Positions 36,323 through 47,165 of a DNA stretch of 64,000 nucleotides are shown piece after piece (within the stretch, counting starts at the first letter, position 1; every line of letters starts with the position of its first letter). The notes under the pieces were generated by a model. It was not told where the DNA came from and made no database searches. It saw nothing but the letters and a program-made list of their open reading frames with translations. Where the stretch lies: NCBI GenBank assembly GCA_032718475.1, contig JAUCBJ010000341.1:1-64000 (forward strand), written 5' to 3'. This stretch comes from Nemertoderma westbladi (lineage: Eukaryota > Animalia > Xenacoelomorpha). Position numbers and translations under genes: made by a program.

Positions 36323-36638
36323 AGCTGCTATATGAGTTTATCAATATTATAATGAGTTTATATTTAGGCTAGCGAGCGTCGCTGCCTACCCCTCTCGGCC
36401 CCCGGACAGAGCAAGATCCTCAGCGCTGGTGTACTTTCGCCGATGTGCCTGTCGCCAACGTTGTAGCTGCACAACGACCACAACAACCAGCGCGAGTTAC
36501 TCCACCGTCCGTCCCAAAGGCTTAGATTTACTTCAGGTTCTTACTGGAGAGTTAGGGCTACTTTCACAATTGCGACTCGCTACTGTAAACACACTTTAGT
36601 AGTAACATTCACCTATATACGCACAAATTCCACACAAC

Positions 36639-38215
36639 TGTGGGGCGAGCCACGAAGTGAGTGAGCCTTAGCGTAGTGGTACCATTAATCAACCTGTCGT
36701 TCTGTCGTTCTGTCGTTCTGTCGTGTTCAATTTTAAACGTTAATAACTCGGCCAATCTTTGATGAAATCTATCCAAACTTGGTACACATGTTGTTTGGCA
36801 AAAGTTTAGAAATTTTCCAAGTAGAATTTCAGTGTGGCCTTCGAGAAGCTAAGATAATAGCAGTTAATTAGTTAATTAAGTTATTACGGTAAAAACACCA
36901 TTTTCAACCTGCCTTTTAAAGGAAATTAATTGTTTTACAGTATAAGATTTAAATAATTATAATTAAAAATTATACAGATGTAATCCCCATACGCCATTCT
37001 ATTATAGTTTTTAATTAGTTCAAGTGATTTGCTTTAATAATTGTGTCTTTAATTGATCTAAAGTAATTAAAACGGCAAAAAAAATTTATTCTCATTAAAT
37101 ACTGCTCATTTATTGGCCAACATGCTGGTACATAGATGGGATGTGTGTGTCATTCCCAGTTGCTGGGAATGATTATTGGTCAAGTCTCTGCTGCTGGCTG
37201 GGAGTTGTTGCTAAGACTAACCAGAGAGGAATAGTAATAGACAACCAGTATTGCTATTCCAGCCCAGACAGCATTCTTTAAATTCACTATAAATGTTGTA
37301 TTGCTATCTCAGGTGAATGACAGATATCATAACATAAATACTATCCATGGCATGGCTGTTGTGTAGGCTTCTGAAATAGTTTATTCCACAATGTATATGT
37401 CTGGTTATTTTTTAATTGAATTTTTGCAAAGTAGTAAAATTAATGTTCTTAAAAATAATATTATTATTTTATATGTAACCTAGGAAATTAGCTACATTTT
37501 TTCGCTGCAGCTTTAAGAGTGTACATTAATTTAATATTATTTCAATACCCATATTACTACATCGGCATAAGATGAGTTGGCGTTGTATCACACATCTCCA
37601 CATATCACACATATCCACATAGATGTATCAACAGTTACTCGCACAGTTTCGAAACTTCGCATAGTTATAACTGTATAAAGATCGTCAGTCTGCGTTTAGG
37701 AAAAATATTTTATAACAAAACAGGACAAGCGACGAGCGCAACGAGGCATATAATGAAGACGAGTACTGCGTTGACTAAATTATTATATAAACCACCTGGC
37801 TTCACATATTGATCGCATCCCTAGTTATTATTATTATAAAGAACGTCCTAGCCTGCGTTTAAGAAATATATTTAAATACAAAACAGGACGAACGCAACGA
37901 GGCTTATAATGAATACGAGTACTGCGTTTATTATATTCCTATAAACCACCTGGCTTTGCATATTGAACGTGCGATTGGAAATAAGTTCGTGCTACCCTTC
38001 CGTGGGTGGTAGATGTCGCGGTTATGTATTGGTGGTTGGGAAGGGTGGGGGGGGGGGGGGGGATTAAAAGGGGTGAACACGTACTGTCCCCCTTTCTTTG
38101 ATTGATTGGTGGTGTGGGTAAATTTCTCAAAACCTGATTTTGTGATACAGTCGCTCAATTTTAATTTGTATCTCATAACTGGGCCTCGTGCTGCGCGAAG
38201 GCCCCACGAACGTGT
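36639..38215 (+). mobile_element. HINE/DINE-1-like element, copy 2, nested in copy A
   Basis: Same ends as 15258-16932; (CTGTCGTT)n near the 5' end; the empty site CACACAAC-TGT-CACAAACC is visible in copy C at ~53056-53074. Confidence 0.75.
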
Positions 38216-39565
38216 CACAAACCGCACACATTCGGGCCATTTGTCCGTTAGTCAGTGCCTTCCAGAATGCCACGTTATTATTATGTATCCTTGGATACTA
38301 GCAGTGTGCTATTTATTCCCTATGCTATTCAATGGGACAAGCCTTTATTGTTCTTTTAACTCACTTCTAATTCTAGCGTGGTTGTTGCCATGGTGACATT
38401 ATGGAAAGCTAGCGGTAGAATTAGGGTAATTCTCATGCATACAGATCTGGGATGCTATTTAATAGTAATTCTTTAATTGTCAATATTCCTCTTTATACAT
38501 GATTTTATGAATTTTATCGGATATTGACTATATATTGGAGATTCTCGCACACTAATACACTTAATAGGGTGAATCTCCGCTCCCATGATCTATTAATTAA
38601 TGGAATTTTGGGAATGGTATAAATTGTATAAAGATGACAATTTATCAAATTCATTAAAATATGAATTTAAATGTATTCCCGCAAATTTTATTATTTAATA
38701 TTAAATAGACACAATTTTATTCCAGAACATATCTGGGGACTGAGATCCTTGATTCTAGGAAATTTGTTCTTTTAAGAGTATCGGTAAGTGCTACGATATC
38801 TTAATAGACTAGAATTTTAAAGGATCTAAAATTTGACAGATTTTGTAAATATTAATAATTAATATTTAAGATAGGCACCAGTTTATTCCAGAACTTGTCT
38901 GGGGACGTTAACCACTGATTCTAGAATTTTGTCTTTCAAGTATATCGGTGGGTGCCGCGATATCTTAATCGACTAGAATTACAGATGGTCAAAGGGTTTA
39001 ACAGATTTATTTCGCGTTGTACGCTACTGTTAAAGTGACATCACGCTACTATATGTATTATTTAAGATACGGTATGAGAGCAATATCGCACAAAGCAATG
39101 TCAGTGAGAAGAGGCAAGTCGTTTCCAAGGTCTACCCAGAGCTTGGTTTAGCCGAGACACGAGGATCTGAATTTTGCATTCCTAATACTCTACTTTACCA
39201 ATAATACTTGAATACAGTAGGAGCTTTATTGTACTTTAATAAGTACGGAGATTTCATCTTACTGTAGTTACGTATTTGTAATATAATACTATAATACTAT
39301 ACTATTACTACTATATATACTAATATATACTACTATAATAAGAGAAAAAGAATTATTTCTCGCCGTCGCACTAAATATATAATATATAAGTAATTAAGTA
39401 ATAAACACGAATATATATTGCACTAATCTACTAAATAATCGCTAAAATAACATTCTACTAAATAAAATTAAAGAAAACGATTATAATAAAATTACATAAT
39501 AATACATACATAAATATAAAATAATAAGAAAATAAAATAATATGGTCACACACCCACTCCATACG

Positions 39566-41098
39566 CTACTGAGCTGGGGAGTCCCTAGATGTTTGTTGGA
39601 TTAGGGAGGTGGTCGTGGGAAGAGTATCTTGTCTTCCATAGTTTCCGGAGAGTTCTCTGTCTCTTTCCAGTAAACATAAACGACCAACTGGGCGATTGAG
39701 CTGCTGTGTCTCGAAGACAATTCCCGGTTTCTTGAAGTTACGTCGCATGACGACGAGTTCTACCGATCGCACCAAACCGTCATCCGAGATGTGAGTCTCG
39801 ATGATACGACCTGTCTGCCACCTCTTACGTGGAAGATCTGAATCCACAATAAGGACCATGTCTCCAGCGCTGACGTTTTCTTGCTGCGCAAACCACTTCG
39901 TTCGAAGTTGTAGCGTGGGCAGATAGTGTTTTTCGAAATGGTCAGCGAAATGACGGGATAACAACTGCATGAGTTGCCAAGTTTGCCGGCAGTATTCGTC
40001 TCCGTCTGTGATTTCCGATTGTGGGAGCATGGCTACAGGTTTCTTCAGTAGGAAGTGCGCGGGTGTTAGCGCTTCCAGGGAATCGGGACTCGATGAGACT
40101 GGCATAAGCGGTCTCTCGTTGAGATAGGTGGCGATTTCCTCCATTAACGTCCGCAAAAGTTCGTCGGTGAGATACGCACGGCACGGCACTATAAAGTGAA
40201 ATGCGGTCTTCACGCTTCTGATTAATCTCTCCCAACTTCCTCCCCACCAAGGGGCGTCGGCGGCGTTGAAGGTCCAGCTAGACGCTGTTAACCTTAGCTG
40301 ATCGTCCACCTGTCTTTGGTTCCAATCGTTGACGTAAGCTTTGATTTCATTGTTGGCACCAATGAAGTTTGTTCCCTTATCAGATCTCATCGTGTTACTA
40401 GTTCCAAAGCGAGCGATCTGTCGTCGTAAGCTTAATAGGAAGCTGTTGGTAGATAAATCGTTCACCATATCGAGATGGATAGCTCTACAAGTCATACAAA
40501 CAAAGATGACACACCATCTCTTGACTATAGTCCTAGCACGATATACTTCAATAGGGCCAAATAAATCTACACCGGTATTAGTAAAGGGTGGTTCATAGAA
40601 GCTTACTCGTTCCCTAGGTAATTCTGCCTCTCGCTGTGTTAAAGGCCTACTGAATGCTTTCCTACAGGGTATGCAGTTCCTAAGAACTTGGTTCAGAGCT
40701 CTACGGGGTTTATAAAAATAATAGCGAGTTCGAATTTCGCTAAGAACTCGTTCTCTACCAGCATGATAAAGTTTGCTGTGAACATATACAATCATCTTGA
40801 CTTGTATCTCAAGATTTCTAATGAGTATGGGAAACTTAGTGTCAAAGGATAATGGAGCATTCGTTAATCTTCCTCCAACACGTATCAACCCATCTATCAT
40901 TGTGCTAGAGAAACGATCCCTTAAGCGCATCTGTGGATTTCTCAACAACAGGAAATACTTATCGGAATCCTCATAGCATTGCAGGAGTCTCAGCATCTGC
41001 TTGTTGGTTTCTTCATGCTCCTGATAACTGATCTTCTCCTTCAGAAACCTGTCGGATATCTTATATTTGGGTAGATCTTTAACAACATGGACCTGCAC
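39566..41098 (-). CDS. Bel/Pao integrase (HHCC, DDE, DUF5641-like tail), frameshifted from the upstream pol
   Basis: H....HAG...CIPC; GVDLFGP; SDKGTNF; APWWGGSWERLIRSVK; LNERPL; LTPAHFL. Confidence 0.93.
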   Translation of the reverse strand: MQVHVVKDLPKYKISDRFLKEKISYQEHEETNKQMLRLLQCYEDSDKYFLLLRNPQMRLRDRFSSTMIDGLIRVGGRLTNAPLSFDTKFPILIRNLEIQVKMIVYVHSKLYHAGRERVLSEIRTRYYFYKPRRALNQVLRNCIPCRKAFSRPLTQREAELPRERVSFYEPPFTNTGVDLFGPIEVYRARTIVKRWCVIFVCMTCRAIHLDMVNDLSTNSFLLSLRRQIARFGTSNTMRSDKGTNFIGANNEIKAYVNDWNQRQVDDQLRLTASSWTFNAADAPWWGGSWERLIRSVKTAFHFIVPCRAYLTDELLRTLMEEIATYLNERPLMPVSSSPDSLEALTPAHFLLKKPVAMLPQSEITDGDEYCRQTWQLMQLLSRHFADHFEKHYLPTLQLRTKWFAQQENVSAGDMVLIVDSDLPRKRWQTGRIIETHISDDGLVRSVELVVMRRNFKKPGIVFETQQLNRPVGRLCLLERDRELSGNYGRQDTLPTTTSLIQQTSRDSPAQ

Positions 41099-41103
41099 CG
41101 ATG

Positions 41104-42528
41104 TCAGCGCAGCGGAGCGGTATCACTATTGGTCTTCGTCCCGGAGTAGTAATGATGAAAACATTGTTTTAAATATGTAACGGCCTTACAGAGCCGATTC
41201 CAGGAACTGCAGTGATGTATCGCTCTCTGCAGGAGAGGTGAGAGTCCTTGCGAGACGTCTGGTATTCCAGATTTCCAATCCTTCTGACGGATTTCCACAA
41301 CAGACTTATTTATGGATGTGGGTTTCAGATCCAAAGCGTCGTCTCCGGAAGTGTGTAGTACAGACAGATCTACCATAGGTTTAAATAACTTCGATTTACT
41401 CGCCCGAGTTTTGGGTTTGACTTTCTCCGCTCCCTTGGCCTGTCTAATCTCTGCTGTAGTAAGATGAGGAGGCCATTCTTCTTCTTCTTTGTAGAGGAAG
41501 TCGGGTCCACCTAACCAGTCTGGAGTATCAACCAGTTCTTGTGGAGTTGCTCCCCTGGAGGCGACGTCTGCTGGATTGATCGTTCCGGGGCAATGTCTCC
41601 ATTGATCCATCTTCGTGCGACTAAGAATAATGGCTACTCTGTTGGTAACGAAGACGCTGAACTGACAGACTTCATTGGTTATATACTCCAACACGAGTAA
41701 AGCATCGGTCCAATAGACAGTTTTCTCCAATGGATAATCGATCTGTTCTGTTACATTCCGGCCGATGGCGGTAGCGTATAGAGCCGCTTTTAACTCCGCT
41801 CGAGGAACTTTCAACTTGTTGTTTATCAATGCCTTAGAGGTAACCAAGGCGACTTTGATTCCATCCGGAGTTTCCACTCTTAGGTAGGCTACTATACCCA
41901 TTCCCATATCGCTGGCGTCTCCAAACACATGGAGTTGATAGGAATACGTAGGGAGAACATGACCAAAATATGAACGGGAAATTATAAAGTTCTCGATGGC
42001 TGGTAGAGAATCTTCCCATTTCATCCACTTCTTTAATAATTCCCCCTTAAGTGGATTGTCCCATGAGTGGTTTTCAAGCCACATTTGTTGTACTAAACTC
42101 CGAGCAATCAATATAACTGGGCTAATAAATCCCAATGGATCGAAATAAGTGCTCAGGATACTTAAACAAATCCGTTTAGTCCGAACTGGATTATCTCGCT
42201 GTTTTAGCTGGAAAAACAGGATATCTCTCTCTGTGTCCCATTTCAAACCAAGTGTCTTGGTTTCTGGAAGATCATCTTTGATTAGATCTAGGTCTTTCGC
42301 TCCTCGATCTTCTACCGGGATCGACTCCAGAAACTCACGGGAGTTGCTGGTGAATTTAGTTAATCGAAATCCACCTCTTTTTAAGCACTCTACCGTTCCT
42401 TTAGCGACATCAATGGCTTCTTCGACTGATGGAAGGGACTTTAGATTGTTGTCCATGTATATATCCCGTTTGATGTTGTCAATCACCTCTTTAGAGAAGG
42501 CTTCCCGGTTGTCATCCGCAGTGGTGCG
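41104..42528 (-). CDS. Bel/Pao RT C-half and RNase H (Pao 'peptidase A17' region)
   Basis: YMDN, GGFRLTKF, KTLGLKWD, FDPLGFISP, LHVFGDAS, PRAELKAA, YWTD, NPADVASRG. Confidence 0.92.
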   Translation of the reverse strand, partial: RTTADDNREAFSKEVIDNIKRDIYMDNNLKSLPSVEEAIDVAKGTVECLKRGGFRLTKFTSNSREFLESIPVEDRGAKDLDLIKDDLPETKTLGLKWDTERDILFFQLKQRDNPVRTKRICLSILSTYFDPLGFISPVILIARSLVQQMWLENHSWDNPLKGELLKKWMKWEDSLPAIENFIISRSYFGHVLPTYSYQLHVFGDASDMGMGIVAYLRVETPDGIKVALVTSKALINNKLKVPRAELKAALYATAIGRNVTEQIDYPLEKTVYWTDALLVLEYITNEVCQFSVFVTNRVAIILSRTKMDQWRHCPGTINPADVASRGATPQELVDTPDWLGGPDFLYKEEEEWPPHLTTAEIRQAKGAEKVKPKTRASKSKLFKPMVDLSVLHTSGDDALDLKPTSINKSVVEIRQKDWKSGIPDVSQGLSPLLQRAIHHCSSWNRLCKAVTYLKQCFHHYYSGTKTNSDTAPLR

Positions 42529-43310
42529 TGTACGCGCTTTTGAAGACCTTTAGCAGTTTAACCTGCCAAAATTTATATGTCTTTTGGTTTATAAATAGAC
42601 TTTAGAAGATGACAAATATTTAATACCAATAAACACAACATTAGCAGAAGCCAGCCTAGTGCGCGTCCATTCACCCGCTGGATATACCCGGGGGGCTGGA
42701 TTCTGAGGGCTTAGATTATTATTGCAGTGTAAGCTTACTGTATTGTATTATTCGATTGATCGTTAATAAATAATTTCTGACTAATATTATTCACTTTCGG
42801 GAAATATTAACAGTTCCTTTAGGACGTGGCGCTCTATCTAGGTAAACAGAGATATGACTTATACTAATCACAACGGCAAGTCGGTAAGGCTTAAGATTCA
42901 CGTATGAGGCGCATTCTTTAGGAAATGCTTAGTTATCAGTCACAATCATGCACACTACCGGTAACATACAATACTGCCCACTAATTTGCCGACCGTCAAT
43001 GATTTTTATCATATATAAAGAGAACAGCAACGGACCAATGTAGTGCTTATCAAATAGCATTAAATTCACTACATACACAATAATATAAGTCGCAATCGCT
43101 ATATATAACCGTCTCTCTAACCTGTAGTGTATCAAGAAAATTGGGAAATTTGGGTTCTTTATAAATGTTCTCCAAATAATATTCAACCAAACAATAGTAA
43201 ATAGCAGTATAATAATGTATATTGAACCGATAATGTAAAACTGAATTGCGATCAGTTGATATGATTAGATAAGATAACGGTTATACGCTCTATAATTTAA
43301 GCCTACTAAT
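42529..43310 (-). repeat. 3' LTR of copy B, distal part, inverted
   Basis: Reverse complement of 19554-20336; followed on the minus strand by TSD CGCAC and the RT continuation. Confidence 0.93.
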
Positions 43311-43734
43311 TTATAATCTATATTATAATATATAAATAATATTATATATAAATATATAAATCAATTATATCGTACATGGGACGATTTTTTGAACTAACCA
43401 TATTGACAGTACAGCAGTAAGCCTAATAGCTGCTGAGAATGGTCATAAACAACTATAAAAAAAGCATGACCTCCAGCAAGTGATTGCGAAACTTGCACTA
43501 TTGCCATACTCACCACGGACTGTGGGGCTTGTTAGTGTGGGTATGCAAGCAAAACTCGAGTTTTGAGGACACTCATTTTATTTCCTATGCCCAAACTGTA
43601 CCACCTCTGTTCGGACATAGAAATAACCTGGTGTTTGCACTATTGCCAAGTTTCCAATAGCGTGAAACCGCACCAAGTATTTTACGACTTAGACTTACGG
43701 CTATTTCGAATTAGGGTTGGTGCGCGAAAAAATT

Positions 43735-46655
43735 GCTGCAAAGCCCCAAAATTTAGTGGGCCAGTTATTTCTCTTAGATAGAACCCCTGAAACAATAGGT
43801 CTAGCGCGTCGAAAGTACTTGTCCCTAACTAAAATTATGTCCTCTTTCAGATGAGACAAATAAAAATTTAATAGCTCCAGTAGTTTTCGAGATATGAGGA
43901 GTTCCTGGCACCCATACCATATCAGCACTTTTCGGAATTGATAAAATTACTCAAAATACAAGCATCACCCTTCAAAGACTTTGGTATAACCATTAAACCA
44001 TATTATGCTTTTTTGGTTAGTCGAATTAATTATTAGTAATCGAAAGCGAAATTAGAATAAAATCTTCATTGTTTATTTTATAATAGACACTAAAAGAGCA
44101 CCAAAATTACAAGTAGCTCGAAATTTTCAAATAGCCAAAAGTGGTAATTTGGCCATATAGTTTGGCTACTGAGGTTTTATAATGTGCTGATTTCATTGGC
44201 AAGGTTTATAAAATTGTGGTATTTTCAAAAATGGCCAATGTTTCAGTCGAAAATTCTAAGTGCCAACCAGTGCACTTCTATTTCAGTACTGCAGTACTCT
44301 GGTACTGGTGCGGTAATGTAGTGAATTATTCAGTGTGGTATTTGCATTGCACTGCACTACTGCGTTAGGCATTACATTACTGCTGAGTGCTGACTGCATT
44401 ATGTGTTACTGTGTTAGGCATCAATGCCTTATCATTATTACATTACCTGATTACCTGTATTTATTTGACTATTTATTATCACCTCTCTCTACACGGGCTG
44501 GCAGCCACGGGCGGGGGCCTAATCTAATCTGGACATAGTATCTGAATCTGTATGGAGGGGAGGCCGTAGCAGTTATAGTTGGAAAGTGCTGTGTGTATAG
44601 ATGACGCTCGCTCGCTCGGTCTACAGAGTGGCACTTAGTTCGACTAGTCAGGGCTTTTTTATAGATCAGATGACACCAGGGCCTACCACTAACATTTGTA
44701 CATTTCAACGGGCGATATACTGATATATTCAGTAAACCCGGAGTGCCGGAGTCTGTTCTGACTTCAGTGTGCTATAAATGCCTCAAATTCCTCAGAGACC
44801 GACAGTAAAAAGAATATACCGTCCATCGTTTATCGAAATTCATGAAGGAGAGTAAAATTAGTTCTTTATCTGATCTAGAAATGAAGCTACTGCTCGACTT
44901 TGGCTTGGAGGGTCCGGTTATTATTTAAGAATCATCATGCTAGGTTTATTTTCCTGCCCAAACCAACGGGACTCCTATCTGAATCCCCGAAGACATATCA
45001 GCCCTTTCGGAGGATCTCAAGTAAGACAATATGCGTGGCCACCTTAACAGTGTTCGCTTCTTACGATCTTGGATTTAATAGACAAAGGTTATTGATACAT
45101 AATAGATATGCTGAGATAAATTAATATTACGACTTCAATATAATGAGGAACTGATATTATTTAGGGGAATTATTATTAACTATCCTGGAATATCGTGTCG
45201 TTTAATGATTTGAGGAAGTGATACTTTATTTTACTCTACTCTACTATGTGTTTATGTGTTTGATGCGGAATTAAGAGATTCATATTCAGTCGGGGATATT
45301 TATCCTGGGTTACCGGTACGTTTAACACTATCTGCTATCTGGCCCGGGCTATACGGTCTATATTACTACAGTAATTAATTGGCCAGTGGGGGGGGGGGGG
45401 GGGGGATTTTCTGATTTTGACCCCCAGGATGAAAAGTACAAGTAAAAAATTGTCAAACTAAACATTTTGTGCTTGGTTTGATAATTCTAAACGTATACCG
45501 GCTTTCGAGGTAGCTGATCGCGATGAAAGTAGTTATAAATATTTCTGGTATGTGCAAACCCTTTTGGTGCCATTTTGGTGCTCCAAAACGAAAAGTACAA
45601 GTAGCAAAAATTTGAAACTGTTTAATTTTGCCTTTGGTTTGGTAATTCTGAAACTATACTGGTTTTCAAGGTCGCTAATCACGATACAACTCGTTAAAAA
45701 TAATTCGTGGTAACGCAACTATCGTTTTTCGTGTTTGTCTGGTGGGCGAAAAATTCAAGTATCATAAATTTCAAAGGGAAAAAATCAAATTTGGTTGGAT
45801 GGATAATACGATATTTTGAGTGTCATATTCGTGATCAGCATCCCAAAAACCCCAAATGTTATAAAATCAGGTTGATTTGGTAATGATTTTTCATTATGAA
45901 ATTTGTGCTACTTGTATTTTTCGTGCCGCACATTGACACGTATCCAAAAAAGCCGTAATCAACAAGGTGCGATATTTTCAAATGTCATATTCGTGATCAG
46001 CATCCCAAAAAACCACATGGTCATAAAATCAATTTGTTTTCGTGGTGATTTTTCATTATCATATTTCCACTACTTGTTTTTTCGCGCTCCAGGGGCACAA
46101 ATAACTGACTAATAACTAATATAACAACATGCCTATGTTGTTATATTACACAACTCTTCGATATGTTTGATGTAGAGGAATAAACCTTCCCAATGAAATC
46201 AGCACATTCTAAAACCTCAGTAGCCAAACTGTATGGCCAATTTACCACGTTTGAAAAAAGTGCTACTTGCACTTTTGGTGCTCTTTTAGTATATATTGAT
46301 AAAAAAATGAAATTGTTGCTTCTAATCTTACTTTCGATTACTAATAATGAATTCAACAAACCAAAAAAGCATAGGGCCTAATGGTTTAATGGTTATACCA
46401 AGTCTTTGAAGGGTGATGTATTTTGTGTAATTTTATCAATTCCGAAAGGTTCCGAAATGGTATGGGTGCCAGGAAGGCCTCATATTTCGAAAACTACTGG
46501 AGCTATTAACTTTTTATTTGTCTAATCTGAAAGAGGATTAATTTTAGTTAAGGACAAGTACTTTCGACGCGCTAAACCTATTGTTTCAGGGGTTCTGAGA
46601 CGTTCTGAGAGTTTAAGAGAAAATACTGGCCCACTAAATTTAGGGGTTTTGCAGC
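43735..46655. mobile_element. Foldback-like element with ~475-bp inverted arms (43735-44208 and 46181-46655)
   Basis: For example CCCCTGAAACAATAGG..GCGCGTCGAAAGTACTTGTCC has its reverse complement at ~46552-46592; no transposase ORF seen. Confidence 0.7.
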
Positions 46656-46699
46656 AGCTTGGCGGGTCGTATCTATAGTAGGTCATGTGTATTGTTTGG

Positions 46700-47165
46700 C
46701 AGAAACAATTGAATAAGGTGTAACATGGTGTCCTGAATCGAGAGGTGGACTGTGTTTTTTGTAAAAACACGAGGAATCGGTCGAAATGGCGTGTTTAAAA
46801 GTAAGCGCAGTTTAAATTCTTGATGACCCTCATCAAAAATATATTTAATTGTTGTGTCAAAAGACACCGCAAGACTCTCCGCTTTCAATTGATATAAGCT
46901 ACGTGTGAAATGATTGAGATTTAATATGTATTTGAATGGATCGAAAATCACTCTCCATAGAAACAAAAATTAGAAATTATCAGATTGATTACTTTGAATT
47001 GACGTCAAATATGTACTGTAGCAGCCAATCACAGCCGATTTTCAAAATTGGCTTCCCGGGCTTACTTAAAACCCGACACTTTGACCGTTTCCAGGTATTT
47101 TTACAAAAAACACACCCCGCCAGTCGTTTCCTGGCACCTTGTTACTTATTAAATTGTTTTTAGTG
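46700..47165. mobile_element. Small MITE-like element with ~110-bp imperfect inverted ends
   Basis: TGTGTTTTTTGTAAAAA vs TTTTTACAAAAAACACA plus flanking matches. Confidence 0.5.

Larger units (their letters stand above)
33658..42528 (-). mobile_element. Bel/Pao copy A, 3' half (inverted): RT C-half, RNase H, integrase, 3' spacer, decayed accessory gene, PPT, 3' LTR
   Basis: LTR 33658-34885, PPT 34886-93; pol ORFs 41104-42486 and 39566-41098. Confidence 0.9.

Noticed and set aside
42449-42460. RT motif YMDN instead of YxDD
   Set aside because: YxDN variants occur in Bel/Pao elements, so this is not evidence of novelty or inactivation by itself.
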